Below are positions 9,991-23,426 of a DNA stretch of 47,485 nucleotides, piece by piece. The DNA is from Chiloscyllium plagiosum. Taxonomy: Eukaryota. The notes below the pieces were generated by a model. That model did not search any database and was not told the origin of the DNA. It saw nothing but the letters and a program-made list of their open reading frames with translations. Both the position numbers and the translations under genes were made by a program. The stretch's first letter is position 1. Every line of letters starts with the position of its first letter. The stretch lies in the NCBI RefSeq assembly GCF_004010195.1, contig NC_057720.1, positions 20,773,839 through 20,821,323 on the forward strand, given 5' to 3'.

Positions 9991-11694
9991 ATGACCACCT
10001 ATACATCCACTATCTCCATGGATATCACCAAGTACTCTGATATGTAATTATCACAGCCTGAGGATTCATTGACTTTTAATGTCAATTTCCCCACCAATAC
10101 AGATTTCCTCTGCTTTCTCCCTCTCTCCAGACCCTGGAATTTTACTTATTGCCTTTTTTCCCTATATTTAATTGGACTGTCATTTCTCTGTTCCCAATTA
10201 TAACCTCACTGTTTCTGACTGTAAGATTCGATAGAACCTGCTGAATGAGAGACTGAGCATGCTGACATGACTGCACACAAAACCCATTTGACTTCTGTGA
10301 AGTTCTTATAAGGCAATTTGCTCTGGATGATATGCATCTTGATATTAGTGGCACTTTTAGAATCCACTGTTTCCTTTACAATATAACTCGCCCAGTACCA
10401 GTGCACATCACAGACACACACAAACAAAGTCCAATCACATTATTCTCATTAACAAAATGACTGCAGGAGTAATGGGACCAATGGAACAGCCACTATGGAC
10501 CGCCTTCACATGATGGTGGAGTGGCTCACTTGCTGGGAGCCATGAACTCTCAAAAAAGTGAACGGATCTTAGAAAAGGTAAAACAATAGCAAGGATGATA
10601 TTTTTATTCTGAAATCACTCACTGTGATTTACCCATTGTCCCGTTCCTCAAAAATCAGCTGATAAGCAAAATGCTAAGATCAATAGATTATTGGCAAAAA
10701 CGAGTACAGTACTGCACTGGCTGAAGAATACCTGTATGTGATCCTATATTACAGCCTCCTTGGTCTTTATAAATCAGATTTATCTATGATCCATGTCAAA
10801 TCAGAAACGTCAAGCAATTAGATGATCGATGTAAATTCTCAAGTTTACAGATTAATGCATCGATTTATCATTACAGTTATGCTATAACTGTAAACATTAA
10901 CTGTGCGAAACAAACTTCAGCGACGTGCCGGCATTTTAACAGCTTCGGACTGAAGTAGTCGCCGAATCCCTTTGGATCAACAGAAGAGCAAGTGCAATCC
11001 ACCAATAAACAGCACTAAATCAAAACTCAATACTGAGAACAACCCAACACTCTTCGGCAACCCTGCCGTTTACTCCGTTCACATTTCGCTCTTTCGCCCT
11101 CCCGACCTCTGGTTATGCTGGGGGGGGAGGAAAGAGAGAGAGAGAGAAAAACACACGGACTCAGGTCACGTCGACGATTTTTGCTCTGCACTCCCCGAGG
11201 AATTTGCTGCGAAAACATCAAAGAGCCCCAGCGACTTCAGACAATGGAGCTGCAAATGGAAGAGACCCTTCCTTCCCCCAGCGATTCTCCAGCATTGTGA
11301 ACCTATACAACCCCGACTTCCAACACTCGCCACGGACAAACAAAAAAAAATTAAAGAAACGCGACGAGCGGCTCTTTACCCCCACCATCCCTCCCCTTTC
11401 TCGTTAAACTAACAACGAAAATATTTTTCTTTTAAATGCCCAAAGACTTCGGTCGACCGTTATATTTTCTTTTGCGCTGCAAGCGATTGTGGGGAAGGGA
11501 GATTGAAGGAGAAGGAAAACTAGGTTTTTTTTTGCCCCTGCGACGCGAGAACACACACCAAAAAAAAAGTTGCAGGACAGATCGCGTCTGCACCGAGGTT
11601 GAAATTAAAAAGAAAACGGCAGCCGGGGGGGTGAGAAAGAGAGACCGTTTGGATCGATCAACGGCGAAGCAAGGGGGTCGCGTGCCCCTGTTAC

Positions 11695-11751
11695 CTTGTT
11701 CCGCACTTCGGCGGTGAGCCCGTACGCGGGACCCCGGTTGAAGTGAGCCAT
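11695..11751 (-). CDS. CNN3: Calponin-3 (acidic calponin), first coding exon
   Basis: ATG at 11751-11749 encodes MAHFNRGPAYGLTAEVRNK (57 nt), followed by the phase-0 donor AAG|GTAACA at 11694. It matches the calponin-3 N-terminus as I recall it (human MTHFNKGPSYGLSAEVKNK), sits in a CpG island and has ALG14 upstream on the same strand. Exon 2 was not found in the window. Confidence 0.93.
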
Positions 11752-12054
11752 TCGTGCGAGGGGACGAGACGCGGAAAGAGAGAGAGAGAGAGAGCGCGCT
11801 GGCTCCTGCAACTGCGGCCCGACCGACGACGAACGACCGTTACTGCTCGAGCGTCGCTTCTGCTTCACTTTCTCTCGCTCGCTCACACGCACGCGCGCCC
11901 TGCTCCCGGGCCACCGTTCCAATACCCCCTTCTCTCGCGCGCGCACTGTCTCTCTCTCTCTGCTGGTCCTGCAGCAACTCGGCGTTCCACACACTGCTCT
12001 CTCATCCAGCACAATGCGAAAACTAAACCTTCCCCCCCCCCCAGCTCTTTTGCG

Positions 12055-12077
12055 ATTGGAGGAGTCGCCCAACCAAT
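12055..12077. promoter_or_regulatory. Pair of oppositely oriented CCAAT boxes upstream of CNN3
   Basis: ATTGG at 12055-12059 and CCAAT at 12073-12077 (aaccaatgag, NF-Y-like), about 300 nt upstream of the CNN3 ATG. No TATA box seen. Confidence 0.55.
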
Positions 12078-12854
12078 GAGCCTCCCCCACCCTTTGTCTC
12101 ACCCTGGAAGCCCCCACCCTACCCCACCAGGAGGGGTGCCTATGGGAGAGAAGAGAAGCCTGTTTGTGTGAGACCAGGGACTGGATAACCCATCCCCCCG
12201 TTCCCCTTCCCAAAGGCACAAGGGATAATGAAAGGAAGAGGAGCCGGACATCAAACCCTCCCCGGTCCCCACATCCCAGGCTAGTAATCCTCCACTGTTT
12301 GGAGAATTAGGAAAACGCAGTCTCCTTTTCTCTGGAGAATTAAAGGGTTTTTTTCCTCTTTCTCGTTCCCTACAGTTTAAGATATTCCCGAGAGGAAAGT
12401 AAGTTTATTGTTTAATAATCTTATTCCCGGTAGACCTTTCGTTCCGTGGGTTTTTAATTCTACTGTGAATTAAACCAGTGAACTGGTCTGTCTGTTTTTT
12501 CCCTGTACAGTACGTGTCAATCGGAGGAGAACCTTTTAGATTTTGGAAGTTCCCAGGATCATTTCCCCGTCGATATGTTTACTGTATCTAACATTCACAA
12601 GTAAACTTTACATTGAGAAGAACATTGTTGTTTTATTGTGAGGCATGCGGGAAATGAATTTACTGAAAATGGAATGCTGAAGTATATTGCTATTTTACTG
12701 CTGTACCCTGCACGAGCAGGATTAAACACCACCTTGAAATGGTGTGCCTTTAATAGTCACAGAACATGTGTAACAATACTGTTTAAAACGGAGATGAGGG
12801 GAGATTTCATCCCCAGAGAGTGCTGAGTCTGCAATTGTCTGCCATAGAAAGTGG

Positions 12855-13730
12855 TTACAGAATCATTATGAAAACAAACCTTTTGGTGCAACTCATCCAA
12901 ACCAACAAGATTTCCCTAACTAACCATGTTGCATTGCCTGCATTTGATCCATTTCCCTTTAAACCAATCCTATTCATGGACCTGTCCAAATGTATTTTAA
13001 ATGTTTGTATTGGATTTACGGCTGTTGATTCCATGTACACACGACACTGTGCGTGAATAAGTTGCCCATCAAGTCCATTTTAAATTCCTCCCCCACCCAC
13101 CTTAAAACAATGCCCTCTAGTTTTGAACTCCCCTACCCTTGGGAAAGGATCTTTGTTGTTCGTCTTATCTAAGCCCCACATGATTTCATAAATCTCTATT
13201 AAGTCACTCTCCCCAACATCTTACACTCCAGGGAAAAAACGTCTCAGCCAATCCAGGGCAAAAGTGAGGACTGCAGATGCTGGAAACCAGAGTCTAGATT
13301 AAAGGGGTGCTGGAAAAGCACAGCAGGTCAGGCAGCATCCGAGGAGCAGGACAATCGACTTTTTGGGCAAAAGCCCTTCATCAGGAATGGAGGTAGGGAG
13401 CCTACAGGGTGGAGAGATAAATGGGGTGGGGGGAAGATGATAGCAAAGAGTACAATAGGTGAATGGGGGTGGGGATGGAGGTGATAGGTCAGAGAGAAGG
13501 TTGGGGGAAGGGAGCAAAGAATACAATGGGTGGATGGGGGTGGGGACGAAGGTAATAGGTCAGACAGGAGGGTGGAGCGGATGGGGGGGAAAGGAGATTG
13601 GCAGGTAGGACAGGGCTGAGCTGCCGATTTTCCTGCTCTCAGCCAATCCAGCCTCTCCTTATAATTCAAACTTTCCAGTCCTGTAACATCCTTGTGAATC
13701 CTTTCTGCACCCTTTCCATCTTAATAATAT
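12855..13730 (-). mobile_element. Degenerate CR1 LINE 3' fragment, interrupted by a PLE insertion
   Basis: MERVQKGFTRML and NYKERLDWL on the right of the insert, and TFKIHLDRSMNR on the left. Confidence 0.8.
13257..13636 (-). mobile_element. PLE 3' terminal fragment nested in CR1; 15-bp TSD
   Basis: TSD tctcagccaatccag at 13242-13256 and 13637-13651. Minus strand carries CCTGATGAAGGGCTTTTGCCCAAAAAGTCGATT. Same terminus family as 8005 and 29739. Confidence 0.85.
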
Positions 13731-14139
13731 TTCTTTTCATGTTCCTTATCTCACTCTCCTTAACACACCTCCATATTCTGACTTGTATTTCCCTTTCCTT
13801 TATCCCTATGACTACAGTGTTGCTTGACCCTCTTCCAACCTTTAGTAATCTTCTCATTCTTATGCTCGCTACTTATCTCTATTTCCTCCTCTCAAATCTC
13901 TACCATCTCTCCAATCTTGTTTCTTTCCTCATCTCAAGCTCCATTCCCCTCTCTCATCTCTTTGACAATCACTATGAACAACTTATACTTAGGTATGGCT
14001 TTTAACATCCTCAGGTAATTGTGTTATAATCCCTGGGGAGAAACCATAAACTAAAATAGACAAATTAACTGAGTGACCTCTGAATGCAAGATGTTCACAT
14101 TTTGTAACTTATACTTTAACATGAATCACAACCAATGTA

Positions 14140-15392
14140 GAAACATAGAGATGCACAGCCTGGAAACAGACCTTCTGTCCAACTCGTCCATGCCGACCAG
14201 ATATCCCAATCTAATCTAGTCCCATTTGCCAGCACTTAGCCTATATCCCTCTAAACCCTTCCTATTCATATACCCATCAGATGCCTTTTAAATGTTGCAA
14301 TTATACCAACCTCCACCACTTCCATTGGCCGTTCATTCCATACACGCATGACCCTCTGTGTGAAAAGGTTGCCCCTTAGGTCCCTTTTATATCTTCCCCC
14401 TCTCACCCTTAACCTATTCCCTCTACTTCTGGACCCCCCCAACCCAGGGAAAACACTTTGTCAATTTATCCTATCCATGCCCCTAATGATTTTGTAAACC
14501 TTTATAAGGTCACCCCTCAGTCTTCGACACTCCAGGGAAAACAGCCTCAGCCTATTCAGCCTCCCCCTATAGCTCAAATCCTCCAACTCTGGCAACATCC
14601 TTGTAAATCTTTTCCGAACCCTCCAAGTTTCACAACATCCTTCTGATAGGAAGACCAGAATTGCATGGAATATTCCGAAAGTGGCCTAACCAACAATCTG
14701 TACAGCCGCAACATGGCCTCCCAACTCTTCTACTCAATGATCTGACCAATAAAGGAAAGCATACCAAACTTTCATGGAGCTATGAATCTGCACTCCAAGG
14801 TCTCTTTGTTCAGCAACACTCCCTAGGAGCTTACCATTAAGTGTATAAGTCCTGCTAAGATTTGCTTTCCCAAAATACAGCACCTCGCATTTATCTAAAT
14901 TAAAATCCATTTGCCACTCCTCAGCCCATTGGCCCATCTAATCAAGATTCCATTGTAATCATAGGTAACCTTCTTTGCTGTCCACTACACCTCCAATTTT
15001 GGTGTCATCTGCAAACGTACTAACTATACCTTCTATGTTCATATCCAAATCCGCTACAAAAAGTAGCGGACCCAGCACCGATCCTTGTGGCACTCCACTT
15101 GTCACAGGCCTTCAGTCTGAAAAACAACCCTCCACCACCACTATCCCTAATCAGTCCTTGCCTTTCCAAATATGCGTAAATCCTGTCCCTCAAGATTCCC
15201 TCCAACAATTTGCCCACTGCCAACGTCAGGCTCACCGGTCTATAGTTCCCTGGCTTGTCCTTACCACCCTTCTTAAATAATGCTACCATGTTAGGCAACC
15301 TCGAGTCTTCTGGCACCTCACCTGTGACTATCACTGATACACATATCTCAGCAAGGGGCCCAGCAATCACTTCCCTTGCTTCCCACAGAGTT
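14140..15392 (-). mobile_element. CR1 LINE fragment (RT to 3' end) with internal deletions
   Basis: ALFKKGGKDKPGNYRPVSLT and WAEEWQMDFNLDKCEVLYFG..EQRDLGV, with a 3' UTR like that of 1695-2240. Confidence 0.92.
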
Positions 15393-15429
15393 CAATGTAA
15401 ATTAAACATTAATTAACTAACAATTAAAC

Positions 15430-15510
15430 TTCTCCTTCGTCAGGTAGCTAGAGCAGCACTCTGAAAGCTTGTACTTTCAAATAAGCCTGTTGGACTATAA
15501 CCTGGTATTA
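15430..15510. mobile_element. Third small fragment of the 5129-type element
   Basis: ctccttcgtcaggtagc joined to gagcagcactctgaaagcttgtac..aaataagcctgttggactataacctgg. Confidence 0.65.
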
Positions 15511-16689
15511 TGTCTTTATTCATGAAGGGGAGTCTTATCTGATAGTAATCTTCATATTTTCATTACTACAATTATCATCAACTGTGCACAATTCTATAAA
15601 CCCCCTCTTCCCTTAAATTACAACAGTGCCAATAGTGTGGTTTTTCATATCAACCATCAACAGCCCATTTCATAGTTTGGTCATTTCTTGTAAAACCAAT
15701 AGCTCTTTAATGTCTGTGAGCTACTCACACAGCCTTCCAGGTTTTAAAACGTTCTGAGGCCAAACATTGAATATTTTCAAGAAGGAGTTAGACATAATTC
15801 TTAGGGTTAAAGAGATCAGTGGGCATGGGGGAAGAAAGTGTGAATAGGGTACTGAGCTGAATGATATTCATGATCATATGAACGGCAGAATAGGCTCAAA
15901 GTGCTGTTTGACCATTCCTGCTCCTATTTTTTATGTTTTTGTGGAGAAGACACAATATTAAGTCCTGCATGAGACAGATCCTTACGTAGAAGAATGCAGA
16001 AAAGACCAATAAGAATATACAGAGCATGCTCCCACAAATAGCAACAAGAGAAATAATGAGTTATTCAATTTCAGTAAGTTGATTCAGTGATAAACATCAG
16101 CACAAACACCAGGAAGATTTGTCTGCTTTTATTCACATAATGCCACAATTCTGCCTGAGGAGGGTAGGGTCTTAGTTTAATCTTCATACAAAAGACAATA
16201 CTTGCAATAAAGTCATATGTCACTAGAGAATCAGCCAAGCTTATATAAACATCTCCTGGGGTAAGATGTAAAATTACAACCCTCTAATTAAGAGGCAAGA
16301 GTACTGTTGAACTAAATAGTTTAAAAAAATTTTTAAAAACTTAAATTCTTTGATTACTCACTGTGAATCTATAACAAACCTGAATGAATAATTAAATGAT
16401 GATGGATATAAAAAACATACATCAAATTTGACAGGGGTAACCATCAATTTCTGCATACATTCTATATCAATGACTTTCTTAATTTATCATCCGACATTAA
16501 CATTTTCTTGCTGATAATTCCATGTTGCCTTCCTCAAATTGCTCTGCTCATAATTAACAAATATCATTCCTCTTGCATTACAGTGTCTTAGTAGCTGCAT
16601 TTTAAACTTCTCTACATTGTTATGCATGAATTCCTCTTTTTACACTCGAGATTGGTTGTAGCAGAGTTATTAAAAAGGTGATTTCTGGA

Positions 16690-17305
16690 TGTAAGTTTGC
16701 TTACTAAGATGTAAGGCTCGTTTTCAGATATTTCATTGCCATACTAGGTAATATCATCAGCCTCCAGTGAAGTGCTGGTGTTATTTCCCACTTACTATTT
16801 GTGAGTTTAGGTTTCCTTGGGTTGGTGATGTCATTTCCTGCTCTTTTTCTCAGAGGGTGGTAGATGGGGTCCAAATTGATGTGTTTGTCAATAGAGTTCC
16901 AGTTGGAATGCAATGCTTCTAGGAATTGTCGTGCGTGTCTTTGTTTGGCTTATCCTAGGATGGATGTATTGTCCCAGCATCTGCAGCCCTCACTTTCTCC
17001 TCATAACTTTTTGTGGCTAGTTGATGTTCATTTATCCTGGTGGCTACTTTTCTGCCTGTTTATCCAATATAGTGTTTGTTACAGTTCTTGCAAAGTATTT
17101 TGTAAATGACGTTCATTTTGCTTGTGGTCTGCATAGGGTCTTTTAAGTTCATTAGCTGCTGTTTCAGTGTATTGGTGGGTTTATGGGCTACCATGATGCC
17201 AAGAGGTCTCAGTAGTCAGGCAGTCATTTCCGAGATGTCTTTGATGTAGAAGAGAGTGGCTAGGGTTTCTGGCTGTGTTTTGTCTGCTTGTTTTGGTTTG
17301 TTTTC
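16690..17305 (-). mobile_element. Penelope-like element 3' fragment (GIY-YIG)
   Basis: Minus strand encodes NVIYKILCKNCNKHYIG*TGRKVATR and SIDKHINLDPIYHPLRK. Terminus CTGATGA-TATTACC-TAGTAT-GGCAAT-GAAATATC at 16760-16727. Confidence 0.88.
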
Positions 17306-20300
17306 TCAGTTTGTGTGATTTCTCAATTTACTATGTGGTTGACCATGCGCAAAGCTATATGAAAAAAACAAGCCCTTGAGTTAACACAATTAAGGAGTTA
17401 ACTTTGTTGTAAAACCAGTCAGGTAAGGTAGAAAATGTACTAAAGTAGTAAAGTGCATCCTAATTTCTGCAACATTTACATACATTGGCATGCAAAATAG
17501 AACAAATTATAGGATTGGGATGAGCTGTTGGAAAAAAGCTTAGAGATAATATGGAAAAAAATAACTAAACATTCCAAGGTTCCTCTAATGATTTTGGCAT
17601 TCCAGTGATATTACAGCCAGTGTAAACTGATTGTTATTCTGGTGACAGTCTCTTAAACTGCAATCCATCATTTTCCCAGAGTGAATGCTATGGCACTTTA
17701 AGTACTTTTGATCTTTAAATTATCTATCTTTGTGATATATTTTTTCTTGTGACTGAGATAGAATCCAAGCTTGAAGAAAAACTGTTGATAAAGTGCTCCT
17801 GTTACTATTCCATCCTGCAGGGCTTCTTGATGTAACTCCTCCTGTGAGGAATAAACAATGTTATATCATAGCTTTTCACAAGAAAGAGTTTGGCCTTGTG
17901 ATGGCTGGCTATTGGCCATACTGAGGATAATGCATGTAAAAGAAGTAGTTTTTGAGGTTTTGTTGTCAAAAATAACCATCAAGATGCCATAGAAAGTGAT
18001 AAGGGAGCCTTTAGCTCCTTTGTTGCAAAATAGATTTTGGTTGGTTCAACCCTCTGGGGGGAAAAAAACCTATGACAAGTGTGAAACTCTGCAGGGGAAC
18101 TGTCCAGTCATGTTTCCTGTTAGTCCATTTCAGAGGTTTAAGCAATTTGGCCACTTTTTAAGTCAAGTGACTTCAGTCTTTTTTTAAGTGTCCTTTTTAA
18201 ACAGAAAAGGTCCCAGGTATTAAATCAGTCAACGGATTTAAAGGTTAACAGTCTATATATTACAATTCCAATGACAACATTTTTGAATAGAATTTTGTTT
18301 CTCTGAGTTCTTTAAAGAAATTTTTCTCATGTCCCTAGCTTGATTATCCAACAACAATTAACTTCCCTCGTTTTAAATTCACCCAGCATCTTTTCTCATC
18401 TATAAACATCCTTGTATTAAGTTGGCCTCAACTAACACTCCGTTGATTTTCAAAATCCAAATTATTTCACAGCATTTCCTCTTTGTCCTTTGTTTCCAAC
18501 CAAACTCTGTACCCACCACCAAAATCAGCAACCACCATATAACTGTTAACAGATTAAAGTTGTATTAGGCTCGGAACTGAAATTACAATCTTATATCTTC
18601 TCCTTCACAAAAGTACCAAATTCCATCTTGGGAACATCAAACACCCCTTTCAGCCTATTGCCCTGGAAATCTTCATTCATGGCTTCATAGTTTCCAGTTC
18701 CACTATTCCAGTGCTGTCTTGACTGGTGGAGAATGGGAGGTCAGCCAACTTCTGCTGATCTAAAACTTTACTGCCTTTATCCTACCTTAGACTAAACCCT
18801 TATTGTTATCCTTTATGACCTACATTGGCCTCCCAGCTCTGCCATGATACAAATTTGAAATTCATTTTCTTAGGTTTAGTTCCATCCACAACCAGATCAC
18901 TCCTTATTCCTATCGCCTAGTCTTCCACAATATTCACCTACTCTCGCCAAATTCTCTATTCATCTGAACCCAGCATATGTATTAAAAATAGTAAAAGAAA
19001 TAATTAAACAAATCACACGTTCAATTCTAATTAATGTTTCAATTCCCAACTACTAATTATGTCAACTGAAAGTATTAGATGTGTTGAGAGTTAAAATGTT
19101 TGCCACTACCCATTGTGAAGAAACTGAGTAGAAACTTAGATCAAAGCAAATGGGGCCCCCATTGTTTCCATAGCTACAAAAGGTATCATGGCAATGGAAA
19201 GCATGATCACTGAACTATAAAATAAGGCTCTGGAAATGAAATTTAATTCAATGGAAAAATACAATTAAGGTTGTAGGCATGATGTAAGTTTCTTAAACAT
19301 TGATGGGAAATGAAAATATGGCAGGAGAGAGGAATCTTGTGTCCAACTAGAAATGGGAATCAAACAACATCAACTAAATGTGAACTAAAGAGTAATTTCT
19401 TCATGGCATTAACATCAAACTAAGGAGCCTTTTTCCATCTGGTGAAATATGTTTGGAGAATTGAGAATGGAATTGATTTAACAATTACTGTCTGCTAAAC
19501 GAGAAAAAATGTGAAATGGTCAGATTGGACTTAAAAGGAAATGCAGAATGCTGAAAATCTGGTCTATTGAAGTGATTGTTTATTTCTATGTGGCTATTAA
19601 ACTATTAGGACTGCTTTTAAGAATAGCCAGTTGTAAAAGATTAATCTGATGAAAAGTCATCAATCAGATGTATTGGTGTGTTACTTTATAAACTTTTGCA
19701 GTAAAAGATCTATATTAGATTTATTGAGTGTTCCAATAATTTCTGATTCTTTGTTAGAGTAAGAATGATTTTAAAATCTTTGATTTACATCATGTTTTCA
19801 TTTGTCTGAATCATGAATATTGATACTGACTCAAGACCACAACCTAAATTGAATTAAAATGCCTCAATGCAAAGACTTCTCATTTTAAATATGGTGTCAA
19901 TTGTTATTTTAATTATTTTACATTATTGGAAACAACAGTGTTTTCATTCCTTGCTGGGTATAGAACACACTATAGATTTATAAAGTGTTCTCAAAAATAT
20001 GAATAAATAGAAATCATATGGGTTGTTACAAGTAAACCCCAACTTTCTAACAGCTTGCTTCTTTCATGCCAACATTCTGGTCACACACATTTTATTGACC
20101 CTTTAAATGGATTGATTTTTTTTAAAAAAGCATTTATCTCCCTTTATGGGAAATGGTAATTCTCCTTTCTTCAATTTATCAACAACACAAAGTAAAACTC
20201 CATGCTGTAATAACTTATCCACATTTTGTGAACAAATTTTATTTTAAAAGGATTCCATGTGAAAAGAGTCAAAATTATACAGTTCAATTTATCAAACCAT

Positions 20301-20990
20301 ACCGTAGCTATACTAATTCCAAAATATTGTCAGAGGCTATCACCATGTTACATTACAAATTGGCCCATAAAGTGCCTATTTTTCTAAATTAATTTATTTT
20401 AATCTAATTTTCTTAAAGTGGTTAAAGCCTTAATTTGTCAGTTTTCATTCATTCAGTATTTGTAGGACTACAATAATATGATCAGGCAGTAACGCGAGGA
20501 AGGAAATGGCACTAATGACTTAAATTACATTTAACAGAAAAATTCAAATTCATGAGTTTTGATTCAGTAAATAAAAAACACTGTTGGTAATTTAAGATAA
20601 TTAGCAAAAGAACTACAGGTGACTTGTCATGAATTGCAAACACCAGCAGGTACAGTAGGATTTTTCAAAGGAGATGTGTATATACTTCAAGGGGAAGTTA
20701 AAGGGAGGAGCAATGCTAATTAAATAAATTCTTCAAACGAGCTAAATAAAAAAAGGTGCAATGGACTGTACAGCCTGTTTGTATATTGTTCTATAATGAT
20801 TTCATGTCAATTAAATTGTATCATTTCTTGGTAGGTTACTGAAGCACACAATACCTACAGTAAAATTTGCAATTCAAACTATCCCATATGTATTCCCAAC
20901 TGGAGGAGACTGCTTATTAATATACAATCTGTGTGGAGTTAAGAAAAAACACAGATCTAAATATGATAAAGCTAGAGCACAGGACTAACT

Positions 20991-21568
20991 GTAGAGGAAT
21001 TGAGTTCCGGAGCCCTGAGGTCATGTTGCAGTTGTATAAGACTCTGGTGCGGCCGCATCTGGAGTATTGTGTGCAGTTTTGGTCGCCATACTATAGGAAG
21101 GATGTGGAGGCACTGGAACGGGTGCAGAGGAGGTTTACCAGGATGTTGCCTGGTATGGTAGGAAGATCGTATGAGGAAAGGCTGAGGCACTTGGGGCTGT
21201 TTTAATTGGAGAAAAGAAGGTTTAGGGTGACTTGATAGAGGTGTACAAGATGATTAGGGGTTTAGATACGGTTGACCATGAGAACCTTTTTCCACGTATG
21301 GAGTCAGCTATTATGAGGGGGCATAGCTTTAAATTAAGGGGTGGTAGGTATAGGACAGATGTTAGGGGTAGATTCTTTACTCAGCGAGTCGTGAGTTCAT
21401 GGAATGCCCTGCCAGTAGCAGTGGTGGACTCTCCCTCTTTATGGGCATTTAAACGGGCATTGGATAGGCATATGGAGGATAGTGGGCTAATGTAGGTTAG
21501 GTGGGCTTGGATCGGCGCAACATCGAGGGCCAAAGGGCCTGTACTGCGCTGTATTTTTCTATGTTCTA
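20991..21568 (+). mobile_element. 5'-truncated CR1 LINE
   Basis: EVMLQLYKTLVRPHLEYCVQFWSPYYRKDVEALERVQRRFTRML and FFTQRVVSSWNALP, with tail tttctatgttct. Confidence 0.95.
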
Positions 21569-23426
21569 ACTCAGTAATTCTTTCAAGGAGCTGGCACAGG
21601 CACAATGAACTGAATGGCCTCTTTGTGTTACATAATTCCAATTGAAAGATGCAGGGGAGCACATATAGACCTGTATTTGTGTGGTAAGAACAATGAGACT
21701 GACAATATTTGACTTCAGTATTCCTCTGAAACTAATAGCAACTTCTTAAGTCTGAACATGCACAGCTAAATACAGAAATTCAAAACTTGTCAGTGATTCT
21801 GCATATGTCCATTGGATGCATTTATGTCTGACTGCAATCAAATTAATTAAATTAATGGATGAAAATTTGTCTTTTTCCTTATTTAGTTATGCTTAAGTGG
21901 GATTCTAGGACCATAATTACCGTTCAAAAATCCCTCTAACCCTAAAAAAACTAAATTGATATTTGTGGTATATCAAATTTTCCATTGCAACTCAGAAAAT
22001 GTGCTATTGTTTATGCTACTTTAGCTTCTACTTTAATCCTGCTTGTTAAATCCCAATCATTTAGCTTGTTTCCCTGTAAAAAGTAAAAGTGAAGGATAAT
22101 CAGTTTTGCTTCATCATTTGCTGTCTTTGAGAATACTTCGACGTGATTGGTTGGACAACCCTTGACTTGTTACAGGTCCAACTTGTTATTAGGAAAGAGA
22201 AAATTCATGTTTCAGGATTGCAAGATCTTTGTGGGCAACGTTTTTCAAGGTCAGCACACAGCATCATCGGCCACAAAACATTAGATCATAATTTACAAGG
22301 AATTTAGTTTATAGCTCAAAACTTTTATGACATATGGGTGTTATACAATAATTGAAAACATGTTTTACAGAGCTGAAAAGTACGAAACTAATGATACAGA
22401 AAGATCATCCGAGTGAGCCAGAGACATTAAAATAAACTAATTGAAAATAAATCAGTAAGATAGCAAGACAGACACTGACTGGAGAGGTAGACAAAATATC
22501 TCCAAGGTGAAAGCAAACACGGTTGAAGGCAATGGGGAGAAAGTTTGCAAAAAAAAAATCAATTGCAAAAAATCAACATCTGGCTGAGAAACTTGCACTG
22601 AAGGAAGAAGAGGAATATTAGTCACTGCTCTTGAAAGATATGTTGAGATCATGTGGAACACAGTGGGAGCTAAAGACATGTTTTAAAGAGAAATCAGCAT
22701 AGTTGTTGGAATGGTAAACCATAGGGGAGGTGAACATCTCAGTTGCAGACCAAACAGAAATGTTCACTAAGACAGTTATGCCACTGTAAAGATGATCAAG
22801 CAAAAGCCTAAAATAAAGCATGCTACAGTATGATATTGATTACAGAGACATGTGCCAAAATCGTTGTCTCAAATTATTTGGGACTCCAAACTATTAAATA
22901 TGATGGAATAAATACAGAAAGAAGGTGGATTTGGATAAGTATAAGAAAATTTGTGAACATCAGCACAGACCTTCCTTCTTATGTGTTGTAATTTTTCTAA
23001 CATATAGATTTTGAAGGGCAACCAGAAGTCAGAGTGATAAAACAATGAACAAGGCTATCCCTGAGAGAATGATTCCTCCAGGAAGTAGAAAAGGGAGGAA
23101 AGCTTGATGCTCAATGTGGGATCATCTACTAACGATGAAACATGTATGCTGTTTTGTTTTGATGGAATCACTGCATAACAATCAAAGTCAGAAGTTTAAA
23201 TTTATGAATTGATTTTGCAATGGTGTCACAGGTTGAAGATAGATAAGTACAACAATATAAGAAATCATTGCAGGCACAATTTATTTTGAAGTAAAAGACA
23301 ATAATATTTAATTTCAAAATGAAATCTATCAGAACTTTGAAGAAGAATTTGAGTACGTTGATGAAAATAAAACTTTTCCTATTGTTGAAAAGGTTAATTT
23401 TAAGAAACGAGAGGACAGTCAGATAT

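Larger units (their letters stand above)
10920..12270. promoter_or_regulatory. CpG island covering the CNN3 promoter, 5' UTR and start of intron 1
   Basis: Sharp rise in GC and CpG content (cgcgacgagcgg, gcacgcgcgccc, ctcgcgcgcgc) against a CpG-depleted background. Contains GA microsatellites (about 11133-11146 and 11776-11793). Confidence 0.8.

Noticed and set aside
10972..12171. Several + strand ORFs of 61-146 aa in the CpG island
   Set aside because: No recognisable domain. They are low-complexity and expected where GC content suppresses stop codons.
11605..12219. 204-aa ORF containing the calponin N-terminus
   Set aside because: Only 11695-11751 is calponin-like. The rest is GC-rich UTR/promoter and intron read-through past the GT donor.
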